Shown here one piece after another: positions 63,553 to 64,000 of a DNA stretch of 64,000 bases (within the stretch, counting starts at the first letter, position 1; each line of letters starts with the position of its first letter). The stretch lies in contig OZ245046.1 of NCBI GenBank assembly GCA_965224245.1, positions 5,568,001 to 5,632,000 of the forward strand, read 5' to 3'. The notes under the pieces were generated by a model. The model was not told where the DNA came from and searched no databases. It worked only from the letters and a program-made list of their open reading frames with translations. The translations under genes were made by a program, and so were the position numbers. The DNA is from Candidatus Eiseniibacteriota bacterium. GTDB taxonomy: Bacteria; Eisenbacteria; RBG-16-71-46; CAZAMP01.

Positions 63553-64000
63553 TCACTTCACGAGACGGCGCCGCATCAGGTGGATCGCCACCACCGTGAG
63601 CGCGGCGCCGAGCACGAGGATGTACGCGACGCTCACGTCCCAGTGGGGCGGCAGCACGCCGAGCGTTGCCCCGCGCACGAGAAACGACACGTGCGTCAGC
63701 GGAAGCGCCAGTGCGATGGCCATGGCCCAGGGCGGCAGGATGTCGATCGGAAAGAACGTCCCCGAGAACAGGAACATCGGGAACACGAGGACGAACATCG
63801 GCACGTTGAACGTGTCGATGTTGGGCGTGAGCGCCGTCGTGATGAGCCCCAGCGCGGCGAACATGAGCCCGCCCGCGACCGCGATCGGGATCACGGCCAC
63901 GCCCGACGGCCAGGCCACGAGGCCGAACGCGGTCATGATCCCCAGCATCAGCGTGGCGGCGAAGAACGCCTTCGTGCCGCCCCAGAGCCACTCGCCCACG
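63553..64000 (-). CDS. ABC-2 type transporter permease (NodJ-like), 5'-partial
   Basis: PMFLFSGTFFP..LP, LPLTH...LVRG; runs off the window end. Confidence 0.85.
   Translation of the reverse strand, partial: VGEWLWGGTKAFFAATLMLGIMTAFGLVAWPSGVAVIPIAVAGGLMFAALGLITTALTPNIDTFNVPMFVLVFPMFLFSGTFFPIDILPPWAMAIALALPLTHVSFLVRGATLGVLPPHWDVSVAYILVLGAALTVVAIHLMRRRLVK

Overview
GC-rich (about 70% by eye), gene-dense bacterial chromosomal segment with about 47 CDS. I found no rRNA, tRNA, CRISPR array, prophage or IS transposase. Secreted proteins ending in FlgD-Ig/T9SS-like C-terminal domains and a TWxxIKxLY tail suggest an FCB-related candidate phylum such as Eisenbacteria, Krumholzibacteriota or Latescibacterota (inference). 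Content in order: an exosortase module with an adjacent candidate substrate; a kinase-ATPase-TPR protein; pfkA; a STAS protein; three LVIVD/choice-of-anchor-B propeller proteins around a small secreted peptide gene with a sigma-54-type promoter; copA; a Ser/Thr kinase with an ECF sigma factor; a TPAT (TatT-TRAP) transporter operon led by a degenerate nucleotidyltransferase with a palindromic repeat array upstream; GT39-TPR; tldD (with a Tat-like signal) and pmbA; a two-component system; fadR-fadN-fadA with a FadR box; czcCBA-like efflux; a rimK operon; fadE; DUF418; an SQR homolog lacking both catalytic cysteines; a DUF222-like HNH gene next to a minisatellite; a structured 6S-like RNA candidate; DDAH; a cupin; and a partial ABC permease. 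The best candidates for something new are the sigma-54 peptide/propeller locus, Tat-signal TldD, the pseudo-NTase/TPAT/palindrome unit, the Cys-less SQR and two unannotated structured RNAs. All calls come from reading motifs by eye; no database search was run.
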